From a virus (Duplodnaviria; Caudoviricetes): a stretch of 41,504 nt of DNA. The notes below the pieces were generated by a model, which was not told where the DNA came from, did no database searches, and saw only the letters and a list, made by a program, of their open reading frames with translations. Positions within the stretch are counted from its first letter, which is position 1. Every line of letters begins with the position of its first letter. The stretch covers positions 1-41,504 of IMG/VR virus record IMGVR_UViG_3300033485_000040; one strand, given 5' to 3'. The translations under genes and the position numbers were made by a program. Below are positions 17,370 through 27,408 of the stretch, piece after piece.

Positions 17370-17462
17370 ATGACCTGTTTTGAATTTCACTGGGCAGTTA
17401 CTTTTGTTGTTTGGGCGCTCATTCTTTTGGGCGCCCTCATAGCAAAAATTTTTCGAGGGTAA
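17370..17462 (+). CDS. 30-aa single-TM peptide
   Basis: MTCFEFHWAVTFVVWALILLGALIAKIFRG fills the gap. Confidence 0.45.
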   Translation: MTCFEFHWAVTFVVWALILLGALIAKIFRG

Positions 17463-17467
17463 TAATC

Positions 17468-17710
17468 ATGAGCGCATCTTTCCCTCTCGGTGCCGTCGGG
17501 GTTTCACAAAAACATTGCCCGCGCTGCGGCGGAATATTCTTTGCAACGGATTTTCATCAATTTGGTCGGCGCACAAAAAGCGTTTGCGAGAATTGTTTTG
17601 TCGTTATGGCAAAGGACTACCAAAGAGAACGGCCTAAGCGCTGGGCTAATACCGTGGCGCGGCTTCGCTCATTTTCTCGACTCGCAAAAAGTCTTGAAAT
17701 TCAAAACTAG
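17468..17710 (+). CDS. Zinc-finger hypothetical protein
   Basis: CPRC...CENC; GAGGG RBS before ATG 17468. Confidence 0.65.
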   Translation: MSASFPLGAVGVSQKHCPRCGGIFFATDFHQFGRRTKSVCENCFVVMAKDYQRERPKRWANTVARLRSFSRLAKSLEIQN

Positions 17711-17748
17711 CCTTTTGATTTTCGGGGCGCGTGGTTTCATTGGGGCCA

Positions 17749-18510
17749 ATGAAATGCGCTCTTATCATTCCCGACGTTCACGCCCCTTTTCATTCGCAGC
17801 GGGCTTGGGACGTGATGCTCGCGGTTGCGCGTGACTTACGCGGAGAGGGATTTCATCAGGGGCCGGACGAAATAGTTTGTTTGGGTGATTTCATTGACGC
17901 CTATAATCTTTCCAGCCACGGGTCGCGCAACCCGCGCGTAACAATCAATCTTGAAAAAGAAATTTTTGAAGCCAATTTGTTGCTCAACCAACTTGACGAA
18001 GCTTTCCCAAACGCCCGAAAAGTTTTTATTGAGGGCAACCACGAAACCCGTCTTGAGCGGTTCATTTTGCAAAACGCGAGTGCCCTTTTTGGCGTCACCG
18101 AGATCAAGCGACTTTTAAAATTTGGTGAGCGCTTAAGGTGGGAATGGATTCCCTATGGGCCAAATCAAGCTTATAAAATTCTGGGCTCGAATGTTTTGGC
18201 CCGGCATGAATCTTTGCGAACAACGCCCGCCTTGACTATTCGGGAAGCCGGGTCAAGTCTTTTTTACGGCCACATTCATCGGCGGGAGTTTGTGTCAAAA
18301 AATAATCTAGACGGCACCAAACTTTTTGCGGGTTGTCCGGGGTGGCTTGGTAATTCTCGCGCTTTGGCGTTTGAATACGTCAGGGGCATTCCAAATTGGC
18401 AGATGGGGTTTGCGGTCCTGTTTTTTGAAAAAAACGTGCCTTACCCCTTTTTTGTTCCGATAAACGACGATTTTACGGCGGTCTGGGGTGGAAAAGTGTA
18501 TCGTGGGTGA
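17749..18510 (+). CDS. Calcineurin-like metallophosphoesterase
   Basis: DVH, GDFID, GNHE, H, GHIH motifs. Confidence 0.92.
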   Translation: MKCALIIPDVHAPFHSQRAWDVMLAVARDLRGEGFHQGPDEIVCLGDFIDAYNLSSHGSRNPRVTINLEKEIFEANLLLNQLDEAFPNARKVFIEGNHETRLERFILQNASALFGVTEIKRLLKFGERLRWEWIPYGPNQAYKILGSNVLARHESLRTTPALTIREAGSSLFYGHIHRREFVSKNNLDGTKLFAGCPGWLGNSRALAFEYVRGIPNWQMGFAVLFFEKNVPYPFFVPINDDFTAVWGGKVYRG

Positions 18511-18640
18511 GAAGGCCGTCCGTGGCCCGGCGCGCCATCCGTGGCCTTAGTTCAGTTTACTTGACTCGACCTTGAAAATCCTTAAAAAGTCTGAAATTAT
18601 TTCAGGACATAAACTAACGCGTTGCATTGGGAAAATAAGT

Positions 18641-19300
18641 ATGGCCGCGAAAAAATCAAAGAAGAAAAAGCCAGTTGAAAAAATAAAAACAAAATTGCGC
18701 AATGCTGATGGGCTTTCGCCTAAACAGGCGGAGTTTGTTAAACAGTATTTGATTGATAAGAACGGGGTGCGGTCGGCGATGGCGGCGGGTTACGGCAAGA
18801 GCTACAACGCTGCAAACGTATATGCAAATCATCTATTACAAAACCCTAATGTTAATAAAGCTATCATGAAAGTTTTGGATGCTAACCTATTAAAGTTGAG
18901 CAAAAAAGTAGAGCGGGTCGGCATAACAAAAGAGCGGTGGCTAAAAGAACTTGCCCTGATCGGTTTTGCCGAAATGAAACAGTTTGCGAGGGTAACAAAA
19001 CGAGGCGTTGAGCTGACCAAAACCGACAAACTCGAAGATGGGTTAACCGGCGCAATTAAAGCATTGAAACAATCGGTGAGTGCGCAAGGCGGGTCACAAT
19101 CGCTAGAACTGCATTCAAAACTCCCCGCGCTTCAAATGATTGCCGATCATTTCGGCTGGACAAAACAACGTGTTGAGCATTCGGGCGACCCCGAAGGCGT
19201 GCCAATAAAATTTCAAGGCATGACTGATGAACAACTTTTAGCGCGCGTGCAGGAATTGGCTGGACTCTTAAAGAAACCAGAAAGCTCGAATGAATCGTGA
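18641..19300 (+). CDS. terS: Terminase small subunit
   Basis: LSPKQAEFVKQYLIDKNGVRSAMAAGY, ELALIGF, KLPAL; directly upstream of TerL. Confidence 0.9.
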   Translation: MAAKKSKKKKPVEKIKTKLRNADGLSPKQAEFVKQYLIDKNGVRSAMAAGYGKSYNAANVYANHLLQNPNVNKAIMKVLDANLLKLSKKVERVGITKERWLKELALIGFAEMKQFARVTKRGVELTKTDKLEDGLTGAIKALKQSVSAQGGSQSLELHSKLPALQMIADHFGWTKQRVEHSGDPEGVPIKFQGMTDEQLLARVQELAGLLKKPESSNES

Positions 19301-20738
19301 AGTCCGAATCGAGAGCGCGCTAATTTATTCTGAATTGGTTGCGAGGCAAGCAAGGCGCGGTGATTTCACTTCATTCATCAAACTCATGCGCCCGGAATAC
19401 CGGGTTGAGTGGTTTCACGCCGTAATCATAAAAAAACTTGAAGACTTTTTGCAAAAGAAAATTCCGCGCCTCATGGTATTCATGCCCCCACGCTATGGCA
19501 AAAGTGAGTTAACTTCCCGCATGATGCCCTCTTTCATTCACGGGCTTTTTCCTAACGACCAGATACTAGCAGGCTCCTACAATGACACGCTTGCAAGCGA
19601 ATTTACGCGCGACGTGCAACGTTTAGTCGATTCGGACACCTATCGTTTTATTTTCCCCCAAACAAAAATTATTGCAGACGGAAGCGCAGGGAAATACGCA
19701 CGCACCTATTCCAAGCACGAGCTAATTCCAATTGGTGATTTTGTTCCAAAGGGTACCTACCGTTCTGCGGGCGTGGGCGGCACTTTCACAGGCCGAGGCG
19801 GCAATTGGGTTTTGCTTGATGACCTAATCAAAAATAGGGAAGACGCGGAAAGCGAGGCGTTCCGTAACAAGGTTTGGGACTTTTACACGTCATCAATTCG
19901 AACACGTTTAGAAAAAAATGGTTCTATTTTGCTCACCATTACTAGGTGGCATGATGACGATTTGGCAGGTCGCCTTTTGAAATTGGCGAAAGAGGACCTC
20001 AACGCCGATCAATGGGAAGTTGTGAAATTCCCCGCAATACGCGAAGATAACGCCTGCGATTATGACCCCCGTCAACCAGGCGAGGCGCTTTGGCCTTGGA
20101 AGTTTTCTTTGCAAGAACTGGAGGCCGCAAAGGCAGCCAATGCGCGCGACTGGGCAGCACTTTACCAACAACGGCCAACGGTTGAGCAGGGCAATCTTAT
20201 CAAGCGCGATTGGTGGCAATACTATGAGCAAATTCCTAGTTCCGAAATTTTGAATATCATTCAGTTTTGGGATTGCGCGCAAAAAGTTGGACTTTCGAAT
20301 GATTTTTCTGTGTGTGCAACATGGGCTAGGACTAGAAACGGTTTTTTGATACTCGACGTTTGGCGCGGTAAACTTGAAGCCCCCGATCTTGAAAGAAAAG
20401 TGCAATCACAATTTGCGGCATTCAAGCCAAGTGCAGTCGTGATCGAAGATAAATCAAGTGGCTCAAGCCTAATTCAAAATCTTCGACGCTTCACAACAAT
20501 TCCAATTTTGGCCTATGATCCGGGCCGTTTTGACAAAGGGGTTAGACTTTCGGCGGCGGCGCCAACAATTGAAGCAAAAAAAGTTTTCTTGCCTAAAAGG
20601 GCAAGTTGGGTTGAGACTTTTATCGCTGAGCACGAAAATTTTCCGGGGGAGCACGACGACCAATGCGACACGACTTCAATGGCAATTGATTTTTTTAATA
20701 AAACAACGGGCCTCGCGCCGTCGATAAGGACACTCTAA
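19290..20738 (+). CDS. terL: Terminase large subunit
   Basis: MPPRYGKS Walker A, LLDD Walker B, TRW coupling motif, nuclease WD..DFS, IED, HDDQCD. Confidence 0.95.
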   Translation: MNREVRIESALIYSELVARQARRGDFTSFIKLMRPEYRVEWFHAVIIKKLEDFLQKKIPRLMVFMPPRYGKSELTSRMMPSFIHGLFPNDQILAGSYNDTLASEFTRDVQRLVDSDTYRFIFPQTKIIADGSAGKYARTYSKHELIPIGDFVPKGTYRSAGVGGTFTGRGGNWVLLDDLIKNREDAESEAFRNKVWDFYTSSIRTRLEKNGSILLTITRWHDDDLAGRLLKLAKEDLNADQWEVVKFPAIREDNACDYDPRQPGEALWPWKFSLQELEAAKAANARDWAALYQQRPTVEQGNLIKRDWWQYYEQIPSSEILNIIQFWDCAQKVGLSNDFSVCATWARTRNGFLILDVWRGKLEAPDLERKVQSQFAAFKPSAVVIEDKSSGSSLIQNLRRFTTIPILAYDPGRFDKGVRLSAAAPTIEAKKVFLPKRASWVETFIAEHENFPGEHDDQCDTTSMAIDFFNKTTGLAPSIRTL

Positions 20739-20740
20739 GC

Positions 20741-22891
20741 ATGGGTTTTTTTGATTGGTTTAAACGAAAAGAGTCACCTACACGCATTTCACTTTTACTG
20801 AACCAAGTTGGGCAAGCGCAGCCCACCCCAAAAAATTATGAGAATTTTGCAAAAGAGGGCTACGCAAAAAACGTCATAACCTTCCGCTGCATCAACTTGA
20901 TTGCAAATTCTTGCGCTAGCGTTGAGTGGGATCTGTATCAAAAAAGTGCGGGACGAAGAGGACAAAAAACCGAGATTGAAACGCACCCGCTTTTGTCTCT
21001 TATTGACCGGCCCAATCCTTTGCAGAGCAAAACTAGTTTTTTCCAGAGTTTGATTTCTTATTTTGTCATGACGGGAAACGGGTACACTCACGCAGTCGGG
21101 CCAGCGAAGAATGCGCCGCCTCTGGAGTTATGGCCGCTTGAGCCGCAATTTACAAAAGTCATTCCTTCAAAAAACGGATATGTTCAGGGCTATCAATTCG
21201 ACTCGCCTTCGGGTCAAATAATTATTCCGGTTGATTTCATCTCAATGAAAAGCCCAGTGCTGCATCTAAAAACATTCAACCCGCTTAGCCCGCTTTACGG
21301 CATGAGCCCAATCGAGGCCGCGATGTTGTCTATCGACCAACAAAATGCAGCTTCCACCTGGAATTTGGGCCTTTTGAAAAATAGCGCTACCCCTAGCGGC
21401 GTTCTAACTGTCGAAGCGACAGACCTCAATCCTTATGGGGCGCTATCAACTGAACAATTTGACAGGCTCAAAGAACAAGTGGAGCAGCGTTATTCGGGTC
21501 CACAAAACGCAAAACGCCCGATGATTTTAGAGGGAGGGCTCAAATGGTCGCAGATGTCAATTGACCCGGTTGACATGGAATTTATCAAAGGAAAAGAATT
21601 GACGACCCGGGAAATCGCTAACGCATTTGGTGTGCCGCCGATGCTCTTAAATATTGCTGGAGATAACACCTACGCCAATTATTCTGAGGCGCGTTTGGCG
21701 TTTTATGAGGATACTGTTCTTCCAATTTTGGATTTTGTGAAAACGTCTTTGAACTTTTGGTTAACGCCTGTATATGGCGAACGCCTTGAGTTGGCTTACG
21801 ACAAGGACGAAATTCCAGCCCTTGCGGAAAAACGAGAAAAGAAATTTTCTTCGGTCAAAGACGCTAATTTCCTCACTCAGAATGAAAAGCGCGTTGCTAC
21901 GGGATACGAAGAAAAAGAGGGTTGGGATGTTTTTGTTATGGGCAGCGGTGAAATTATTTCCGCTGATGAAGATCCATTAGAAGTTGTGGAACCTACGGAA
22001 ACCCCGGAAGATCCGGAAGACCCGGCGCTAGAAGATGATCCTGCGTTGGACGAGGAAAAGAAGCTTGAGGTAAAGCTCTTTAATAACATCAACACACGAG
22101 AGAAGCGCCTAAGTGCAATTAAACAAAATCGAATTAAAGAGCGGTTGATAAAAGATTTTGAGCATGACCTTGCCGATGATTTCAGAAAACTTGAGCGCGA
22201 CCTGATTGCTCTCGGGAAAGAAATCAACCCGCGTGCTTACGAGTTTGCGTTTCAGAAATACATTGACGACCACGCAAAGGAGATGGAAAAAACGCTTTCA
22301 CAAAATATCAAACGCGCTACCCGAACATTCGGCGAAATGGTTTTCGATTCGGGCAAAAAGCACGTCAAAGGTTGGGAAAAGAAGGAAACGGTAAAACAGG
22401 CGTTTAAGTTTTCCCACTTTGTTGAAGACTTCACTAAGAAGAAAACGGCAAAATCTATTTCCGAAATTACAGGCACCACGCGCAAACAAGTAAGAGAGAA
22501 AACCCGTGAATTGCTTTTGAAGTATGAAGTGGACCCGCATCTTGATTTGCCTGCGGCACTCGAAAAAGAGTTTTCTGGTCTCACATCATGGCGCGCGCGC
22601 AATATCGCACGAACGGAAACCACAAGTGCCGCCAATGGTGGAAGTTTGGAAGCGGTCAAGACGCTAGAAATTCCGGGGATGCAAAAAGAATGGGTGGCCA
22701 CAATTGATGATTTCACGCGGGATGACTCGGCCCACGCCAATCATGTTTTTATGAATGGGACAAGGGTCGGGCTTGACGACAAATTTACGGTGCCGCCCGA
22801 TACTGACATGGAAATGCCGGGAGACCCATCGGCACCGCCGGAACAAATTTGCAATTGCAGGTGTGTGCTTGTTTACAACGCGGGTAAATAG
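20741..22891 (+). CDS. HK97-family portal protein fused to a Mu gpF-like head morphogenesis domain
   Basis: YGMSPI, EIANAFGVPP, LTQNEKR portal motifs; acidic linker; RARNIARTET, KEW, H..H, ICNCRC. Confidence 0.92.
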   Translation: MGFFDWFKRKESPTRISLLLNQVGQAQPTPKNYENFAKEGYAKNVITFRCINLIANSCASVEWDLYQKSAGRRGQKTEIETHPLLSLIDRPNPLQSKTSFFQSLISYFVMTGNGYTHAVGPAKNAPPLELWPLEPQFTKVIPSKNGYVQGYQFDSPSGQIIIPVDFISMKSPVLHLKTFNPLSPLYGMSPIEAAMLSIDQQNAASTWNLGLLKNSATPSGVLTVEATDLNPYGALSTEQFDRLKEQVEQRYSGPQNAKRPMILEGGLKWSQMSIDPVDMEFIKGKELTTREIANAFGVPPMLLNIAGDNTYANYSEARLAFYEDTVLPILDFVKTSLNFWLTPVYGERLELAYDKDEIPALAEKREKKFSSVKDANFLTQNEKRVATGYEEKEGWDVFVMGSGEIISADEDPLEVVEPTETPEDPEDPALEDDPALDEEKKLEVKLFNNINTREKRLSAIKQNRIKERLIKDFEHDLADDFRKLERDLIALGKEINPRAYEFAFQKYIDDHAKEMEKTLSQNIKRATRTFGEMVFDSGKKHVKGWEKKETVKQAFKFSHFVEDFTKKKTAKSISEITGTTRKQVREKTRELLLKYEVDPHLDLPAALEKEFSGLTSWRARNIARTETTSAANGGSLEAVKTLEIPGMQKEWVATIDDFTRDDSAHANHVFMNGTRVGLDDKFTVPPDTDMEMPGDPSAPPEQICNCRCVLVYNAGK

Positions 22892-22893
22892 CT

Positions 22894-23529
22894 ATGTTGA
22901 ACATCGGACCACGAAACCGCACCGGCCCCCAAGGGCCGATTGGCTTGCCGGGTGGCGACGGCGCAACCTGGCACTTTGGGTTAGGGGAACCTGGAAATGG
23001 ACTCGGGAAGGTTGGAGATTTTTTCCTAAATGGGAATACGTTCGACATATTTATTCGGGTCGAGAGCGGTTGGGAATTTGTTGGAAACCTGAAAGGGCCG
23101 CGAGGACCGAAAGGGGTCAAGGGTGAGCAGGGGGAAAAGGGTGAGCCCGGTCTTAATGGGCGAGTATGGACGCGCGGGTCCGGCGGGGGCGACGTGACAA
23201 AAGGGACAATCAAAACCCTTTTTGGTGAAATTTCAACAAATCCAGGGGCTACGCAAACCGTTGTTACCTACACCGTGCCCATCGGGAAAGCGTTTGAACT
23301 ATTAAAGGTTTTGATTTCAGGGCCAAACGTGGCCGACTATTTCGTCAAAGAAGACGGGGCCACAATCGCAACGTCCGGCACGGACTACTTAGAATTTGAT
23401 GACACAATTCCTTTTGATCGGCGTCGATTTGAGGCGGGTCAAGTTGTTTCGGTTGACGTAAAAAATTTGGGCGCTAGCAAAGAAACCTTTAATGCCACCA
23501 TTGTTGGTGACTTGTTTGGTGTTTTGTGA
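22894..23529 (+). CDS. Collagen-like repeat virion protein
   Basis: GxY triplets (GPQGPIGLPG, GPRGPKGVKGEQGEKGEPG) and a beta-rich C-domain. Confidence 0.8.
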   Translation: MLNIGPRNRTGPQGPIGLPGGDGATWHFGLGEPGNGLGKVGDFFLNGNTFDIFIRVESGWEFVGNLKGPRGPKGVKGEQGEKGEPGLNGRVWTRGSGGGDVTKGTIKTLFGEISTNPGATQTVVTYTVPIGKAFELLKVLISGPNVADYFVKEDGATIATSGTDYLEFDDTIPFDRRRFEAGQVVSVDVKNLGASKETFNATIVGDLFGVL

Positions 23530-24749
23530 GCGACAGATTAAAGGGCGTTCCGCTTTATTTTTCTGACTCCCCAAACCTTGACGGTCTCGGGCGTGTGCGC
23601 ATGAGCGAGTCAAGGTCAATTTTTGACATGACATTTCAGTACACCATAGCGCCAAACGACTGGAACTATACAGCCGCCGGAGCTGCCACGGTTACGCATG
23701 CTGCGCCGAGACCGGACGTAAAGCTCAGCACGACAGCCGCAAATGGTGATTCTGCTATTTTCCAGACTTACCGTTATTTCCACTATCAACCGGGGAAATG
23801 CCAGCTTGTGACGTTGTCGGGAAATTTCGGAACGGGTTTGAAAACGGGTTCCCGCCGCAGGTGGGGGCAATTTGACGCGAATAACGGATTATTTTTTGAG
23901 TTTGACGGTGCAACGCTAAACGCGGTTGTGCGGTCGAACGTAACGGGAACGCCGGTTGAAAACCGGGTTGCTCAAGCTTCTTGGAATTTGGACAAGCTCG
24001 ACGGCAATGGACCGTCAGGCATCACACTCGACGTAACTAAGCAGCAAATATGGTTTATCGAGTACACTTGGTTTTCGATCGGTGCCGCTGCTTTTGGCGT
24101 TCGCATTGGACGAAAAACTATTTACGTCCACGTATTTGAACACGGAAATTCTATTGCCACCCCATATTCACAAACTGCAACGCTTCCGATACGAATAGAA
24201 AACACAAACACTGCGGCCACCTCCGGCGCGTCTGATTTGTTTTTAACCTGTGCTAGCATAATTTCGGAGGGGGACTATAACCCAGAAGGGGAATTGAGGT
24301 CCGTTGACACCGGGATAGCGTCAAAAACTTTAACTACAACGGGGGTGCGGGTCCCCCTCATTTCCCTCAGAAAAACTTCCACAAAAATAAGGGTTCCGGT
24401 TGTTTTGGCTACCATTTCGCCGTTCATTCAAACCGCCGACGATATTCTCTTTGAGATTATAAAAAATCCAACACTTACCGGGGCTGTTTGGGCCGGACCG
24501 ATTTCATCAGTTGAATACGACCTCACCGCAACGGCCCTGACTGGTGGCACAAAAATTCACAGCTTTTACATGAGCGCGCAAGCAAATGGGATTTCGAGCG
24601 CTGACGTTAATGTAGACGTGTTTAGATCATTGGACGCCTGGTTAGGTGCCGATATTGCCGGTACTTCTAATATTCTCACTTTGTCGGCCACTAGCCTAAC
24701 CGCCGGTGCGCAAGTATTGGCTACGGCTACTTGGAAGGAATTTGAATAA
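23526..24749 (+). CDS. Putative virion structural protein, beta-rich
   Basis: GTGA-coupled; DGLGRVR, YFHYQPGK, WNLDKLDGNGPSG; Thr/Ser-rich. Confidence 0.7.
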   Translation: MSDRLKGVPLYFSDSPNLDGLGRVRMSESRSIFDMTFQYTIAPNDWNYTAAGAATVTHAAPRPDVKLSTTAANGDSAIFQTYRYFHYQPGKCQLVTLSGNFGTGLKTGSRRRWGQFDANNGLFFEFDGATLNAVVRSNVTGTPVENRVAQASWNLDKLDGNGPSGITLDVTKQQIWFIEYTWFSIGAAAFGVRIGRKTIYVHVFEHGNSIATPYSQTATLPIRIENTNTAATSGASDLFLTCASIISEGDYNPEGELRSVDTGIASKTLTTTGVRVPLISLRKTSTKIRVPVVLATISPFIQTADDILFEIIKNPTLTGAVWAGPISSVEYDLTATALTGGTKIHSFYMSAQANGISSADVNVDVFRSLDAWLGADIAGTSNILTLSATSLTAGAQVLATATWKEFE

Positions 24750-25696
24750 TGAGCATTTTGCTTTCTGACGTAGTTAAGAATCTAATCAATGCCCACCCGA
24801 GCCACAAAGTACGCATTGACGAACTGTCTTCCTCGGTGGTTTATGTTGGATTTGCCCGAACGGCGGACATAGTTGAGAGCGATGCCAAATGGAAGATTGC
24901 AAAACTTGGTAGGGCTGGCACGAAATTCAAAATTGACTGGGCAACGGATGGCATTTTTACTTCGGTCTGGAATGATCGGTCAAGTTACTTCACCAGTGGG
25001 GCGTTGGCAAATGACTGGTCAATATCACTGGACGGCGTAAACGATTTTTTAGATTTTGGTGATCACTATACGTTCGAAATTAACGTGGCCTTTTCTTGGT
25101 CGGTGTGGCTAAAACCTACGAATACCTCGGCAATACGGCGGCTCATAGGAAAAAGCGCCCAGACCGCTGACGAGAACGGCTATCGTTTCTTTCATAATGC
25201 GAGTGGGCAGTTGCAGTCCCAACTCAGAAGCAATTCAGGCGGAACGGTTCACACTTTCACCGACTTAGTGTTGACAGCGGGCGCTTGGAATCATGTTGTT
25301 TTTACTTTTGATGGTTCTTCAAACCAAAATGGCATAAAAGCCTACTTGAACGGAACGGTGAGCGCAGTTTTACCCGCCTCGGCGGCAATGACTGGCAGTT
25401 TTGCGAACACGGCAAATCTAGTTTTTGGCTATTATCAGCGAACGCCCGGACAATATTTCACTGGCAATGTTGATGAGCTTGCGGTTTTCAATAAGGCGCT
25501 AACACAAACTGAGGTAACAGAGATTTACAACACCGGAACACCAACGGACCTCCTGAGTTTTTCCGCTTTTTCAAACATCCTTTCCTGGTGGCGCTGCGGT
25601 GACGACGATGTTTCCCCGACAATTTTAGACAACAAAGACGCAATTAATGGGACTCTTACCAATGGTCCAATATTTCAAACGGATACCCCGCCATGA
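24749..25696 (+). CDS. LamG/concanavalin A-like lectin domain protein
   Basis: LDGVNDF, FSWSVW, WNHVVFTFD, YLNG, FTGNVDELAVFNKALT. Confidence 0.88.
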   Translation: MSILLSDVVKNLINAHPSHKVRIDELSSSVVYVGFARTADIVESDAKWKIAKLGRAGTKFKIDWATDGIFTSVWNDRSSYFTSGALANDWSISLDGVNDFLDFGDHYTFEINVAFSWSVWLKPTNTSAIRRLIGKSAQTADENGYRFFHNASGQLQSQLRSNSGGTVHTFTDLVLTAGAWNHVVFTFDGSSNQNGIKAYLNGTVSAVLPASAAMTGSFANTANLVFGYYQRTPGQYFTGNVDELAVFNKALTQTEVTEIYNTGTPTDLLSFSAFSNILSWWRCGDDDVSPTILDNKDAINGTLTNGPIFQTDTPP

Positions 25697-25923
25697 GCAA
25701 ATTTAAAAATGGTCGAGTTTTTATCGTCATTCTTCAAAGCGCGCTTACAAATGAGTTTTTGAATTGCTCCGTTTCCAAATCGGCAACCGATCTCCCTGCC
25801 AAAACAGTGGCTAGCGGGTCGTATTATTTGATTGAGTTTGATGAGGCAAAAGGAACGCCTTACGTTGATTTTGTTTGGTATTCGATAGACGAAATTTCTA
25901 GCGTTTGGGAAAATTTAACTTAG
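25693..25923 (+). CDS. Hypothetical protein
   Basis: ATGA-coupled to the LamG gene. Confidence 0.7.
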   Translation: MSKFKNGRVFIVILQSALTNEFLNCSVSKSATDLPAKTVASGSYYLIEFDEAKGTPYVDFVWYSIDEISSVWENLT

Positions 25924-25931
25924 GGGACAAG

Positions 25932-26078
25932 ATGAAAAAAGAAGATGTTAGCGCTGATTTAGATGCAGAATTGAGGGTCATGCTGGCAGATAAAGCGGGT
26001 AACCACAAAGCGGTCATTATGATTTTGCTTTTGCAGCTTATCCGGCTTGTTCGTGCGGTTGAGGCCAAAATCAAATAA
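25932..26078 (+). CDS. 48-aa hypothetical protein (MKKEDVSADL...VEAKIK), not in ORF track
   Basis: AGGGG RBS; TAATG overlap with next gene. Confidence 0.6.
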   Translation: MKKEDVSADLDAELRVMLADKAGNHKAVIMILLLQLIRLVRAVEAKIK

Positions 26079-26461
26079 TGGAAACGAAAAACTTTGTGCC
26101 CGTAGGGGGCACAATACCAATTCAAGCGCAACTGCACGATGGGGATGAAACCCAAACGGTTGTGGTTTTAATTTTGGACCCTTTGGGAAAACAAATTGAA
26201 AGGCTTGATTTGGTGGCGGGCGTTGGTGGTCTTTATTTCACCAACTTTGCAAAAATGCCGGATTTACCTTTTGTCACGGTGCAGGCCCATGTTTTGGGTG
26301 TGGACAAAGAGGGGCAACCCTATGCCATTGTGTCTGAAAGATTTTATCAGGCACCAAAAGTTGCGCCGCCGGAAACCGTTTTGAAAGGGCGCCTGGTATT
26401 TAGTCGAGAAACCGAAAAAATAATGCAGGGGGTTTTACTTGAAACTGCAATTGTTAAATGA
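26078..26461 (+). CDS. Hypothetical beta-sandwich virion protein
   Basis: Coupled ORF in the late operon. Confidence 0.65.
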   Translation: METKNFVPVGGTIPIQAQLHDGDETQTVVVLILDPLGKQIERLDLVAGVGGLYFTNFAKMPDLPFVTVQAHVLGVDKEGQPYAIVSERFYQAPKVAPPETVLKGRLVFSRETEKIMQGVLLETAIVK

Positions 26462-26732
26462 TTTGGGCATTCCTTTTGACTTAAGTGGGGCATCGACTGT
26501 CGAATTGGTCTTGCCATACCATCGGGGAGAATTACGAAAAGCCGTTGACATTTTAGATATTGAAACCGGTATGATTAAGGCGGCGCTTACAGATTTTGAA
26601 ATTCAGGGATTGAAAGACGGCACGGGCCAAACGTTTTGGGTTAGTGTGAAAAGGGAAAACAAACTTTTTACTTTTGAATTTTCAAAAACTTTAAACGTCA
26701 CCATAAAAGACGGGCGAAAGGTGATTGAATGA
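26439..26732 (+). CDS. Hypothetical Ig-like virion protein
   Basis: PFDLSGASTV pattern resembles BppU-N/Ig-like domains; TTG start after GGGGG. Confidence 0.55.
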   Translation: MKLQLLNDLGIPFDLSGASTVELVLPYHRGELRKAVDILDIETGMIKAALTDFEIQGLKDGTGQTFWVSVKRENKLFTFEFSKTLNVTIKDGRKVIE

Positions 26733-27403
26733 GCAAACGCGAAATTGAATTTAAAACTTTTGGACTGAAACTTGACGCCCTCGACGCCACGGGAGTCATG
26801 CGCGGATATGCATCCACGTTTGGCAATGTCGATTTGGGCGGCGACGTGGTGGACAAAGGTGCGTTTAAAAAATCAATCAAGGAAACCGGGGGCAATTGGC
26901 CAATTCTGGCCGACCACAATCCTACCGATCACATTGGTTGGAACCTACGGGCCGAGGAGGACGAAAAGGGGCTTTTTGTTGAAAGCCAGATTGATTTGAA
27001 TGTCCAAAAGGGTCGAGAAAAATACTCGCTGGCTAAAAAAGCGATGGAACTCGGCGTGAGCATGGGGCTTTCCATCGGATATATGACAATCAAGGCAGAA
27101 CCCGACCGCGCCAATCCTATGATTCGGCGTTTAAAAGAACTAAAAATGTTTGAGCATTCCATTGTTACGTTTCCAATGAACACGCTCGCGGGCATCACAA
27201 GTTTGAAAGCCGCCGCGCATATTTCTGATTTGCAGCGTGTTGACGAAATTTTGCTTGCGCTGAAGCAATGGAAGAAACTCGGCTACACTAAAAAAGATTT
27301 TGAAACCGCACTTGAAAAATGTTTTCAAGCCGCAAAGAAAATGCAAGACCCGGCCTCGGCCAGTCTGGCAATTGACAATCTCATCGCAACCTTAAAGGGG
27401 TAA
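26729..27403 (+). CDS. HK97-family prohead protease
   Basis: GYASTFGNVD, ILADH, GLSIGY, EHSIVTFPMN. Confidence 0.95.
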   Translation: MSKREIEFKTFGLKLDALDATGVMRGYASTFGNVDLGGDVVDKGAFKKSIKETGGNWPILADHNPTDHIGWNLRAEEDEKGLFVESQIDLNVQKGREKYSLAKKAMELGVSMGLSIGYMTIKAEPDRANPMIRRLKELKMFEHSIVTFPMNTLAGITSLKAAAHISDLQRVDEILLALKQWKKLGYTKKDFETALEKCFQAAKKMQDPASASLAIDNLIATLKG

Positions 27404-27408
27404 AAGAA

